Source: an uncultured Eubacteriales bacterium (GTDB lineage: Bacteria > Bacillota > Clostridia > Christensenellales > CAG-138). Taken from it: 64,000 bases of DNA. How positions within the stretch are numbered: position 1 is the first letter of the stretch; every line of letters begins with the position of its first letter. The notes under the pieces were generated by a model, which did not search any database, was not told where the DNA came from, and was given only the letters and a program-made list of their open reading frames with translations. Of the stretch, positions 45,659 to 54,144 are shown in pieces. The position numbers were made by a program, and so were the translations under genes. The DNA lies in assembly GCA_902789675.1 (NCBI GenBank), contig CADAPG010000002.1, positions 10,327 through 74,326 of the forward strand. Reading direction: 5' to 3'.

Positions 45659-45843
45659 ATGAAATCTCCTTATTCATCTTTTTGTTATGAGAAAACCGCA
45701 TAACTCGTCTTATACATAATACATGGTTTTCTTCCGTTTGTAAACAGAAAAACGACGGTGCAGAAAAATAATTCTGCAAACCAAAAACTATTTTGGGCTT
45801 CCTATCTTGACAAAAAAATGGTACAATCGGTATGGAGGGCAGA

Positions 45844-46650
45844 ATGGTTATCACAGGGATCTCAACGGCAAGCTTTTTCGATACGCTGATGCTGGAGGAC
45901 GCGCCGGCGCTGTTCCGGCAATGGGGCGTACAAAACGCCGAGTATTATCTGAACAGCTGGTGCGAATACGATCCGGCGTTCGTCGACCGTCTTGCAAAGG
46001 AGACGGAGGACGCCGGGATCCGCGTGATCGGCGTACATCCGATGAGTCTGCAGTACGAACCGCTCCTGTTCACGCCGCATCCGCGGCAGCGCGCGGACGC
46101 AATGAAGGCGTATGAGCTCGTTCTCAAAGCGGCCGAGCGCCTCGGCGCGGATCATTACGTAATGCACGGTCCGGTGGTGCTGAACGGCGTTGCGAAGAAC
46201 CTGCAGCTTACGCGCCTTGCGCCGATCTTCGATACGCTCTCCGACATGGCGGAGGATCACGGACTGCACCTGACGCTCGAAAACGTCAGCTACAGCATCA
46301 TGCCGACGCCGGAGGTGGGACAGACGATCCATTCGCTGATCACGCGCCCGCTCTATCACACGTTGGACATCAAGCAGTCGATCCGCGCGGGCGTCGATCC
46401 GACGGCGTTCGTCGACGCGCTCGGCGAATACATTCTTGCGGTGCACGCGTGCGACTGCGATTTTTCGGGCGGCAAACCGCGCTACTGCCTGCCGCCGCGC
46501 GGCGGGTACGATTTCAAAGGACTCGTCGACGCGCTGCAAAAGAAGGGCTTTTCGGGGGCGGTGCTCCTGGAGGCGTACAGCGATATGTATCGCGACAAAG
46601 AAGAACTCAAAGGCGCGTATCACGCGTTGGATCATATCATCAATTCATAA
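45844..46650 (+). CDS. sugar phosphate isomerase/epimerase (xylose isomerase-like TIM barrel) family protein
   Basis: GGAGGG RBS before ATG 45844. The pattern is typical of this family (HYVMHGP, LTLEN, LLEAY). An extended -10 TGgTACAAT lies at 45819-45827. Confidence 0.65.
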   Translation: MVITGISTASFFDTLMLEDAPALFRQWGVQNAEYYLNSWCEYDPAFVDRLAKETEDAGIRVIGVHPMSLQYEPLLFTPHPRQRADAMKAYELVLKAAERLGADHYVMHGPVVLNGVAKNLQLTRLAPIFDTLSDMAEDHGLHLTLENVSYSIMPTPEVGQTIHSLITRPLYHTLDIKQSIRAGVDPTAFVDALGEYILAVHACDCDFSGGKPRYCLPPRGGYDFKGLVDALQKKGFSGAVLLEAYSDMYRDKEELKGAYHALDHIINS

Positions 46651-46662
46651 GGAGGCATGGAT

Positions 46663-48078
46663 ATGGAACAGAAGGCGTTCGATCGCGAAGCGATGCGGAT
46701 CACGGTGGATTACAATAACATGATGCAGGAAACGCTCGGTCCGCGCGGACTCACAAAGGACGAGCTCCTTGCGCTTCCGCTCGAGGCGGCGGCAAAGGCA
46801 ATGAAGGAAAAGCGCGGACAGATGAAGTGGCGCGAGCTCCCGCACAACCAGGACGAGATCGTGAATGAGATCGAAGCGGTTGCGGCGGATGTGCGCGCAA
46901 AGTTCGACAACTTTGTCGTGCTCGGCATCGGCGGCAGCGCGCTGGGTCCGATCGCGGTGCAGCAGGCGCTTTCGCATCTGCACTACAACGACCTGCCCAA
47001 GGAAAAGCGCGGCGGCCCGCGGCTGTTCGTCGAGGACAACATCGATCCCGAGCGCATGAACGCGCTTCTGGACGTGATCGATGTGAACAGGACCTGCTTC
47101 AACGTCATCACCAAATCCGGCAGCACGTCGGAAACGATGTCGCAGCTTCTGATCGTGACCGATCTGCTGCATAAGACGCTCGGCGACGACATCTCCACGC
47201 ATCTTATTGCAACGACAGATCATGTCAAGGGCAACCTCATCAAGATCGCAAAGCGCGAAAACCTCACCACGTTCTATGTGCCGGACGGCGTCGGCGGACG
47301 CTTCTCCGAGCTCTGCCCGGTGGGACTTCTGGCGGCTGCGGTCTGCGGGATCGACATCCGCATGCTGCTCAAAGGCGCTGCCTTCATGGACGAGATCACG
47401 CAGAACGACAGTATCTTCGAGAACCCGGCGTACCTGATGGCGGCGCTGCAGGTGGCGGCGATGAAGCGCGGCGCGAACATCCACGTGCTCATGCCGTACG
47501 CGGATTCGCTGAAGTACATTTCGGATTGGTATGCGCAGCTCTGGGCGGAATCGCTCGGCAAGCGCGTGGGCAACGACGGCACCGAGATCTATGCCGGTCA
47601 GACACCGGTGAAATCCCTCGGCGTCACCGATCAGCACTCGCAGGTCCAGCTCTATACCGAGGGTCCGTTCGACAAGGTCGTGACCTTCCTGTCGGTCGAC
47701 AGGTACAGAAAGACCATGCCGATCCCGGACGGCTATCTCGACATTCCGGACGTTTCCTTCCTGTGCGGTCATACGCAGAACGAGCTCATCGCGGCGGAGG
47801 AGACCGCGACCGAGTATGCGGTGATGAAGAGCGGACATATGAACTACGCGATCCGTCTGCCCGAAGTCAATGCGTTCACCATCGGCGAGCTGCTCTATAT
47901 GTTCGAGATCCAGACCGCGTTCGCGGGCGAGCTGCTCGCGCTCAACGCGTTCGATCAGCCCGGCGTGGAAGAGGGCAAGAAGGCAACGTATGCGCTGCTC
48001 GGCAAGCCCGGCTTTGCCGAAAAGAAAGCAGAACTTGACGCGGCTCCCGCGAAGCTTTCCGCATACATCGTGAAATGA
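46663..48078 (+). CDS. pgi: glucose-6-phosphate isomerase
   Basis: About 470 aa, Firmicute-type PGI (GIGGSALGP, GGRFSE). ATG 46663 is preferred (7 nt after AAGGAGG); ATG 46657 is also possible. Confidence 0.9.
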   Translation: MEQKAFDREAMRITVDYNNMMQETLGPRGLTKDELLALPLEAAAKAMKEKRGQMKWRELPHNQDEIVNEIEAVAADVRAKFDNFVVLGIGGSALGPIAVQQALSHLHYNDLPKEKRGGPRLFVEDNIDPERMNALLDVIDVNRTCFNVITKSGSTSETMSQLLIVTDLLHKTLGDDISTHLIATTDHVKGNLIKIAKRENLTTFYVPDGVGGRFSELCPVGLLAAAVCGIDIRMLLKGAAFMDEITQNDSIFENPAYLMAALQVAAMKRGANIHVLMPYADSLKYISDWYAQLWAESLGKRVGNDGTEIYAGQTPVKSLGVTDQHSQVQLYTEGPFDKVVTFLSVDRYRKTMPIPDGYLDIPDVSFLCGHTQNELIAAEETATEYAVMKSGHMNYAIRLPEVNAFTIGELLYMFEIQTAFAGELLALNAFDQPGVEEGKKATYALLGKPGFAEKKAELDAAPAKLSAYIVK

Positions 48079-49241
48079 AAAAAAGGTCTGTCGGAACCAA
48101 GGCGCCTTATCGGGTCGATGTCTTTACCATCGTGATGGTATCGGCCTTGGTTCTGTTCGGCCTCGTTACGCTTCTGAACGCGCTGTCCGACCCGTTCAAC
48201 GGCACGGAAAAGACGCTTGCCGACTTTTACGGCAGGCTGCATTTCGAATTCTTCTCGCGGCAGATCGGCAACATTCTGATCTCACTTGCGGTGCTGATCC
48301 CGCTTGCGGTTTTCGATTACGAAAAGTACAAGCCGTTCACGAAGGCGGCGTATATCGTCTGCCTGATTCTGCTGTTTCTGCTTGTCGTCGCGGGTAAAAA
48401 CACGCGCGGCGCGCTGGGCTGGTACGAGGTCGGCACCCGCGCGTTTCAGCCGTCCGAGATCACCAAGGTCGTGCTGATCATCGTGCTGTCCAAGGAAGCC
48501 GCGGAGATGTACGACCGACGCGGTCCGATCTCGAAGTTCGTCGATTTTCTGCGGCTGTTCCTGCTGTTTCTGGTCCCGTTTGTGCTCGTCATTCTGCAGA
48601 ACGACTTCGGCACGGCGATGGTCATGCTGATCATCTTCGGCGGCATCCTGTTCTGCGTACGCGTGCGCTGGCCGTATGTCGTCGGCGGGCTGTTTGCAAT
48701 GGGCGCGGGCGGGATCCTGAGCTGGATGTTTATGCTGACGGAGATCCAGAAGGAGCGCATCCGCGTCTTTCTGGACCCCTCGCGCAATCCGGAGGGATCC
48801 GGTCTCAATGTTCTGCACGCAAAGCAGATCATCGGCAGCGGCGGCTTCTGGGGGAAGGGGTATTTCACCAAGGGCACGCTGACGCAGACCGGCTATGTGC
48901 CGATCCGCCATTCGGACTTCATCTTTTCCGGCATCGGTGAGGGCGTCGGCTTTTTCGGTGCCATGCTGCTGATCGTCGCGTTTTTTCTGCTGCTGTTCCA
49001 CTGGCTGCATACCGCGCTGACCGCGCGGGACACATTCGGTCGCTGTCTCGTCGTGGGCTGCACCGTCATGCTTGCGGCGCATATCTTTGAGAATGTGGCG
49101 ATGAACCTCGGCGCAATGCCCGTCACCGGCATTCCGCTGCCGTTCATCAGCTACGGCGGATCGAACATCCTTGCGTCGTTCGCCTGCGTCGGCATTGCGA
49201 TGAGCGTCTTTGCCCGCGCGACGGGAAGGAGGACACTGTGA
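48075..49241 (+). CDS. rodA: FtsW/RodA/SpoVE family peptidoglycan glycosyltransferase
   Basis: 388 aa, about 10 TM helices, with SDFIFSGIGE and TGIPLPFISYGGS. ATGA overlap with pgi. Confidence 0.85.
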   Translation: MKKRSVGTKAPYRVDVFTIVMVSALVLFGLVTLLNALSDPFNGTEKTLADFYGRLHFEFFSRQIGNILISLAVLIPLAVFDYEKYKPFTKAAYIVCLILLFLLVVAGKNTRGALGWYEVGTRAFQPSEITKVVLIIVLSKEAAEMYDRRGPISKFVDFLRLFLLFLVPFVLVILQNDFGTAMVMLIIFGGILFCVRVRWPYVVGGLFAMGAGGILSWMFMLTEIQKERIRVFLDPSRNPEGSGLNVLHAKQIIGSGGFWGKGYFTKGTLTQTGYVPIRHSDFIFSGIGEGVGFFGAMLLIVAFFLLLFHWLHTALTARDTFGRCLVVGCTVMLAAHIFENVAMNLGAMPVTGIPLPFISYGGSNILASFACVGIAMSVFARATGRRTL

Positions 49242-50071
49242 TCCTGCGCAGAATGGAATACAAGGACGGCGCGCAGGCGGCGAAGCTCTGGCTTGATATC
49301 TTCGGCGATTCCGAAGCGTTCACCAACTGGTTCTTTGCCGAGCGCTTCTGCCCGGATCTGTCCTTTGCCGCGTTTGACGGCGACCGGCTGATCGCCATGA
49401 CGCTCGGACGCGGGACGAAGATCCTTGTTGAAGGAACCGTACGCCGTGCGCTGCTGATCTCCGGCGTGTCCACGCTGCCGGCGTACCGGGGCAGAGGGCT
49501 GATGCACAGGCTCGTTTCGATGCAGATCGACGACGCCGGGGCAAAGGGCTTTTCCTGCTGCTACCTGCATCCGGTCGAGGAATCGCTCTATGCGTCTCTC
49601 GGCTTTGCAAACGGCACGGACGCAATGCGGATCGTCTCCGATCCGGAACGCGCGCATGCGCCGTACGAGATCCGCGAGGGCACGGACGTCGCTTCGATGC
49701 GCACGGTTTACGATACGCTTCTGCCGCGCTATAACGGCATGCAGATCCGCGACGACGCGGAGATCCGCGCGCTGCTTTCGGACTACGGTGCAGACGGCTT
49801 TTGCATGCTGACCGCGTTTTCCTGCGATCGACCGGTCGGGTATCTCATTGTGCTCGGGGACGGAACGGTTTCGGAGCTGTTCGCGTTCACGCCCGAGGCA
49901 TACGAAGCGCTGCTCGACGAAGCGGCAAGGCGCGCGGGAAAGGCTCTGAAAGCCACCGTACCGCCGGACTGCGGCGTTGCGGGCGAGCTTGTTTACAGCA
50001 TGCAGTATCGGGTCTTCGGCAACGCCTTTTCGCTTCCCCTCAAAAACGGCTTCTGCCGCCTTTCTTATTGA
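49238..50071 (+). CDS. GNAT family N-acetyltransferase (Eis-like, two-domain)
   Basis: GTGA overlap with rodA and a GGAAGGAGG RBS. Motif YRGRGLMHRLV. Confidence 0.75.
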   Translation: MILRRMEYKDGAQAAKLWLDIFGDSEAFTNWFFAERFCPDLSFAAFDGDRLIAMTLGRGTKILVEGTVRRALLISGVSTLPAYRGRGLMHRLVSMQIDDAGAKGFSCCYLHPVEESLYASLGFANGTDAMRIVSDPERAHAPYEIREGTDVASMRTVYDTLLPRYNGMQIRDDAEIRALLSDYGADGFCMLTAFSCDRPVGYLIVLGDGTVSELFAFTPEAYEALLDEAARRAGKALKATVPPDCGVAGELVYSMQYRVFGNAFSLPLKNGFCRLSY

Positions 50072-50086
50072 ACAGATTCTCTCTGT

Positions 50087-50109
50087 GCCGGGCATGTCCC
50101 GGCTTTTTT
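50087..50109 (+). terminator. intrinsic terminator
   Basis: GCCGGG-CATGT-CCCGGC hairpin followed by T6. Confidence 0.75.
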
Positions 50110-50161
50110 CGTCATATTCTCCTGCTCTCCTGCGTACAGTTCGGTATCGGAGGGTATGTAT

Positions 50162-50980
50162 ATGAAAGTGATCGTGATCAGCAAACGCGTCTGGATCGGC
50201 GCGCTCGTTTGCCTTTTATTGCTCGGCGTGTGCTTTGCGGTGTATTTTGCGACAAGGGAGCGGGAGGAGGAGCCGACCGCGCCGGCGATGGCGTCGATCG
50301 ACGCCTATGAACTGAACGCCATTCCGGTGATGTCGCGGCAGGTGCCGGTGTATCGCGTCTCGCGCGAGGACAAAACGATCGCGCTGACGATCGACGCGGC
50401 GTGGAACGCGGACAAGACGAAGTTCATCCTGGACACGCTCGACCGGTACGGGATCAAGGCGACGTTCTTTTTGTGCGGCGTATGGGTGAAGGCGTACCCG
50501 GACATGGTGAAGGAGATCGCCGCCCGCGGACACGAGATCGGGAATCATTCGATGACGCATCCGCACATGAACCGCATCTCGGCGGAGCAGATCCGAACGG
50601 AACTATCTTCGCTCGACGATGAGATCGAGCGCCTCACGGGAAGCCGCACAAAGCTCTTCCGCGCGCCGTTCGGCGAGTACAACGACACCGTGGTTTCCAC
50701 CGTGCGCGACATGGGCTACGAGATCGTGCAGTGGAACATCGATACGGTCGACTGGAAGGAGGGCAGAAGCCCCGAAACGATCCTGAACGCCGTACTGCCG
50801 AAGCTCGCTGCCGGCAGCATCATCCTGTCGCACAACAACGGCAACGGGATCGAAACCTATCTTCCGCAGCTCATCGAGAAGGCGCAGAGCGAAGGTTACC
50901 GCTTCGTCACGATCTCCGAGCTGCTGCCCGAAGGCGAACGCACAGTCGACAATAACGGCCTGTGCAAACCAGCGGGCTGA
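50162..50980 (+). CDS. polysaccharide deacetylase (NodB homology, PdaB-like) with N-terminal TM
   Basis: Motifs TIDAAW, HEIGNHSMTHPH and RAPFGEY. Confidence 0.85.
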   Translation: MKVIVISKRVWIGALVCLLLLGVCFAVYFATREREEEPTAPAMASIDAYELNAIPVMSRQVPVYRVSREDKTIALTIDAAWNADKTKFILDTLDRYGIKATFFLCGVWVKAYPDMVKEIAARGHEIGNHSMTHPHMNRISAEQIRTELSSLDDEIERLTGSRTKLFRAPFGEYNDTVVSTVRDMGYEIVQWNIDTVDWKEGRSPETILNAVLPKLAAGSIILSHNNGNGIETYLPQLIEKAQSEGYRFVTISELLPEGERTVDNNGLCKPAG

Positions 50981-51071
50981 AATATCCGGATGCACGGCGA
51001 TCACGAACAGGACGGTAAAGCCGTGTGTCATCCTGAGCCGAAAAGCGGCGAAGGATCTTTCCGAAGCAAGA

Positions 51072-51103
51072 AGGAACACGAAATTTCGCGTTCCTTTTAT
51101 TTT
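51072..51103 (+). terminator. intrinsic terminator
   Basis: AGGAACACG-AAATTT-CGCGTTCCT hairpin (one mismatch) followed by TTTTATTTT. Confidence 0.65.
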
Positions 51104-51106
51104 GTA

Positions 51107-51136
51107 TGCAACCTTTCCGGGCTCCCGTGCGTCTAT
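51107..51136 (+). promoter_or_regulatory. ECF-type promoter upstream of sigma gene 1
   Basis: TGCAAC (51107-51112), 17 nt, CGTC (51130-51133) then TAT. This matches the AAC / CGT pattern of Bacillus ECF promoters. Confidence 0.55.
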
Positions 51137-51196
51137 AAAGTGTACGATCGAACAACGATTCCCGCTGCCGGCGGCGGAAACGAAAGGAGACGAATC

Positions 51197-51688
51197 ATGC
51201 ACACAATGAAGGACAAGCGTTGGTTCACGCAGCAGGTACGTCCGCTTCTGGACACCATGTACCGCGTGGCGTACACGCTTCTCAATAACGACGCCGATGC
51301 GCAGGACGCCGCGCAGAACGCAATGGAGCAGGCGTACGTTTCGCTGGACAGGCTCAGGGACCGGGACAAATTCCGCCCGTGGCTGTTACGGATCCTGAAA
51401 AACGAATGCTATGTTATCCTGCGCCAAAAGAAGCGCGTCATCCCTTTGGAGGACATGCCGGAGCGCGGCGAGGAGCCGTTCGATGCGCTCGACCTCAAGA
51501 CCGCGTTTTCCCGGCTTTCTCCCGAGAGCCGTCTCTGTATCACGCTGTACTATACCGAAGGCTACAGCATCCCCGAAATCGCCGCATTTCTGAACGAGCC
51601 GGAGGGCACGGTGAAAAGCCGCCTCTCCCGCGCAAGAAAGAGCATGCGGCAGATCTTAACCGCCGAGGAGGTTTCCCATGCAGAATAA
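51197..51688 (+). CDS. ECF-subfamily RNA polymerase sigma-70 factor (sigma 1)
   Basis: 163 aa with a GAAAGGAG RBS. Region 2 has DAQDAAQNAMEQAY and FRPWLLRILKNE. The region 4 HTH is YSIPEIAAFLNEPEGTVKSRLSRARK. Confidence 0.9.
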   Translation: MHTMKDKRWFTQQVRPLLDTMYRVAYTLLNNDADAQDAAQNAMEQAYVSLDRLRDRDKFRPWLLRILKNECYVILRQKKRVIPLEDMPERGEEPFDALDLKTAFSRLSPESRLCITLYYTEGYSIPEIAAFLNEPEGTVKSRLSRARKSMRQILTAEEVSHAE

Positions 51689-53363
51689 TCAGAAACAAAA
51701 TCCTTTTGCATCTGTTCTGCCGCCGGTGCCGGAAGGCTACCGCACGCGGATGGAGGACGCGCTCGCCGCACTGCCGGTGGACAGCGTGAAGCCCGTCGTC
51801 GGCTGCAGGTTCAGCAGAAAACAGATGATCATCCTGATTGCAGCCCTGATCACGCTTTTGACCGTCGGCACCGCGTTTGCGGTTGCGATCTCCCGCATGC
51901 AGGAGGTCCGCGATGACGCGCAGATGACGATCGCAAATTATCAGTCGATCGTCAACGGATCGGGCGACGTCGCGGAAACGGCAGATTATGCGAAGCCCAC
52001 GCCGTACGTCATCATGGCGGAATTCAACACGAACGAAAACGGCGATTGGCAGCCCGAAAAGATCACGAACATCGACGTTTCCCAAAAGGTCGGGGAGTTT
52101 ACGATCCGGCTGTTCAGTCTGTGGCCGAATTACGGTCCGGACTATACCGGAGACGGCAATTTCTCGACGCATCTTTACATCAACGCGAAGCAGCCGCAGC
52201 CGTATGCGCTCGAAAACCTGCGCCTCTCCGTCAACGGCGGAGAACCGATCCGCACGGTTTCGGACGTCGTCGCGGAGCGCAATGGCGGATATCGCGCAAC
52301 GCCGGAACCGTTCCGTGCGGAGGACTGGCATCCCGAAAACGGCGACAATGTTTGCCTGTACTTTGCGCTTACCGGCAATCCGCTGCTGCCCGGCACGACC
52401 TTCGAGATCACCGGAACGCTGAACGGCGAACCGTTCTCCCTGTTCTATGATTTCAGCCGCGAAGCGTACGAAGCGCTGCGCGCGGAAAAGCTCGATCTTC
52501 TGGAGGGGATCAATGAGGTGCTGTCCGGCGTCCCCGAGGACACGATCCCGGTCAACGCTTCCATGCGCGGCGAGGTGATCGACGAGATCGCGCTGAAGGA
52601 TCATTTCCTGTACGCGGTCATGCACAATGACATGGAATACCGTTCCGATCCGAACAATCCGCTCGGCGGCGCCTACGATACGTATGACGACGGCATTTTC
52701 ATGACCGTCGACGGTATGCTGAGCAACATCGAATTCGTCAGCGGATCCGAGGACGAAAACGGCGTCGGATACGGCATCTATTATGCGTATTATCCTTACG
52801 GCGACGACATGCCGGACGAATCGCTGATCGGGTTTGAATGGACCGTATTCCGCGTGAACTGGAAGACGAAGCAGGTGACGACGCCGAAGGATGAAGCGGA
52901 GTACCTTGCATGGCGAAAGGAAAGCATGGAGCTTGCCGCACAGTACCATCAGAACGATTATCTGGCAAGACCGGAAGCAAGCTGCGGCTCGTTCAAGGTC
53001 AAGGAAATGATCTATCTGAACAAGAGCGCGGCGGGACAGCTTGCCGTCATTCTCGAAACGGACGAGCCCGTCAAGGATGCGCAGCTCGGACGCAGAAACC
53101 AGCCGGTCGTGACCGTAAACGGTACGACACTTGTCAATGAAACGTGCTATGTGCAATCGCCGGATAATTTCGACGGCGGCTCCAAGAACGGCGGAAAGCT
53201 GAACGGGTTCTGGCTCTACTGTCCTGCATACTGCACGCTGCCGGACACATTCGAGGTGACGGTCACGTGGCGCGGCGATTCCGTGACGTTTACGATGCAC
53301 AAGTCGGATTTTGAAACGGCGTACGTCGACGTGCCGGAATACAAGACGCTGCTCGGCTTCTGA
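51678..53363 (+). CDS. single-pass membrane protein, putative anti-sigma/sensor partner of sigma 1 (partner type A)
   Basis: The start overlaps the sigma stop by 11 nt and has a GAGGAGG RBS. About 50 cytoplasmic residues are followed by the TM helix MIILIAALITLLTVGTAFAVAI and an ectodomain of about 490 aa. There is no HxxxCxxC motif. Confidence 0.65.
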   Translation: MQNNQKQNPFASVLPPVPEGYRTRMEDALAALPVDSVKPVVGCRFSRKQMIILIAALITLLTVGTAFAVAISRMQEVRDDAQMTIANYQSIVNGSGDVAETADYAKPTPYVIMAEFNTNENGDWQPEKITNIDVSQKVGEFTIRLFSLWPNYGPDYTGDGNFSTHLYINAKQPQPYALENLRLSVNGGEPIRTVSDVVAERNGGYRATPEPFRAEDWHPENGDNVCLYFALTGNPLLPGTTFEITGTLNGEPFSLFYDFSREAYEALRAEKLDLLEGINEVLSGVPEDTIPVNASMRGEVIDEIALKDHFLYAVMHNDMEYRSDPNNPLGGAYDTYDDGIFMTVDGMLSNIEFVSGSEDENGVGYGIYYAYYPYGDDMPDESLIGFEWTVFRVNWKTKQVTTPKDEAEYLAWRKESMELAAQYHQNDYLARPEASCGSFKVKEMIYLNKSAAGQLAVILETDEPVKDAQLGRRNQPVVTVNGTTLVNETCYVQSPDNFDGGSKNGGKLNGFWLYCPAYCTLPDTFEVTVTWRGDSVTFTMHKSDFETAYVDVPEYKTLLGF

Positions 53364-53401
53364 CGGACCGCTTGAATCCGCGCAGAAGGAACGCTATGCT
53401 G

Positions 53402-53431
53402 AAAGAACACGGTGAGAATCGTGTTCTTTTT
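53402..53431 (+). terminator. intrinsic terminator
   Basis: AAAGAACACG...CGTGTTCTTT hairpin with a T-run. Confidence 0.75.
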
Positions 53432-53549
53432 CCAACCGATCGCGCAGGCAACCTCCCTCTGACGAGGGAGGTGTCGGCCGAAGGCTGACGAGGGAGAGAA
53501 CCGGTTATTCCGGAATCTTCCTATGAAAGCGCATTTTATATCGAATTGA

Positions 53550-53579
53550 TGCAACCAAATCCTTTCCGGTTTGGTCTAC
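53550..53579 (+). promoter_or_regulatory. ECF-type promoter upstream of sigma gene 2
   Basis: TGCAAC (53550-53555), 17 nt, GGTC (53573-53576) then TAC. The geometry is the same as at 51107 and 55740. Confidence 0.5.
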
Positions 53580-53613
53580 GAGGGTGTAAGCGCTTACAGA
53601 AAGAGAAACGAAT

Positions 53614-54144
53614 ATGAACAAGAGCTATTTTGAACAGGTGTATGAAAAGACGTACCGATCGCTGATCCGATACGCGATTGTCCATCTGGACGACCCGACG
53701 GACGCCGAGGACGCGCTGCAGAACGTATACGTCGATTTCTATCGGCGCGTGGAGCGGTACGGACACTTCGACATCCTCTCGCCGGAAGCGTTTCTGATCC
53801 GGATGCTGAAACACGAGATCATTGAAAATTATAAGGAGCGTGAGCGCCGCCGCCTGCGCTTTGTGGACGAGATCCGGGAGGATCGCATTCCCGCGGAACC
53901 GTTCGAGGACGTCGTGATGGACCGCGCGCTTGCCGAGGAGATCTTCAGGAACGCAAAAGCGCTGCCGAAGGAGATGTACCGCACATTTGTGCTGTATTAC
54001 GGCTATGAGATATCGGTGTCGGAGATCGCGGCGGAGCTCGGCGTCAGCAAGGAAGCGGTCAAAAGCCGCCTGCTCCGCGCAAGGAACACTCTGAAACAGC
54101 GGATGGGAACAGCCTGTTCGAACGGAGGTGCAGCACATGAATGA
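53614..54144 (+). CDS. ECF-like sigma-70 family factor (sigma 2)
   Basis: 176 aa. Region 2 has DAEDALQNVYVDFY and SPEAFLIRMLKHE. The region 4 HTH is ISVSEIAAELGVSKEAVKSRLLRARN. Confidence 0.85.
   Translation: MNKSYFEQVYEKTYRSLIRYAIVHLDDPTDAEDALQNVYVDFYRRVERYGHFDILSPEAFLIRMLKHEIIENYKERERRRLRFVDEIREDRIPAEPFEDVVMDRALAEEIFRNAKALPKEMYRTFVLYYGYEISVSEIAAELGVSKEAVKSRLLRARNTLKQRMGTACSNGGAAHE

Noticed and set aside
50990-51196. Upstream extension of the sigma 1 ORF (track start 50990). The same applies to the upstream extensions of nifU (10979), the SLT gene (29294), the 36436 ORF, tsaE (60103), tsaB (60677) and rimI (61171).
   Set aside because: The extensions overlap upstream genes, terminators or promoters. 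Internal starts with good RBS give N-termini typical of each family.
53459-53525. Possible hammerhead ribozyme, because CUGACGA (a CUGANGA core) occurs twice and GAA/GAAA follow
   Set aside because: No arrangement gives stem II closed directly by GAAA. Three extra nucleotides (TAT) intervene before GAAA at 53524, the first copy is simply the loop of a hairpin, and no stem I / stem III with a UH cleavage site could be drawn.
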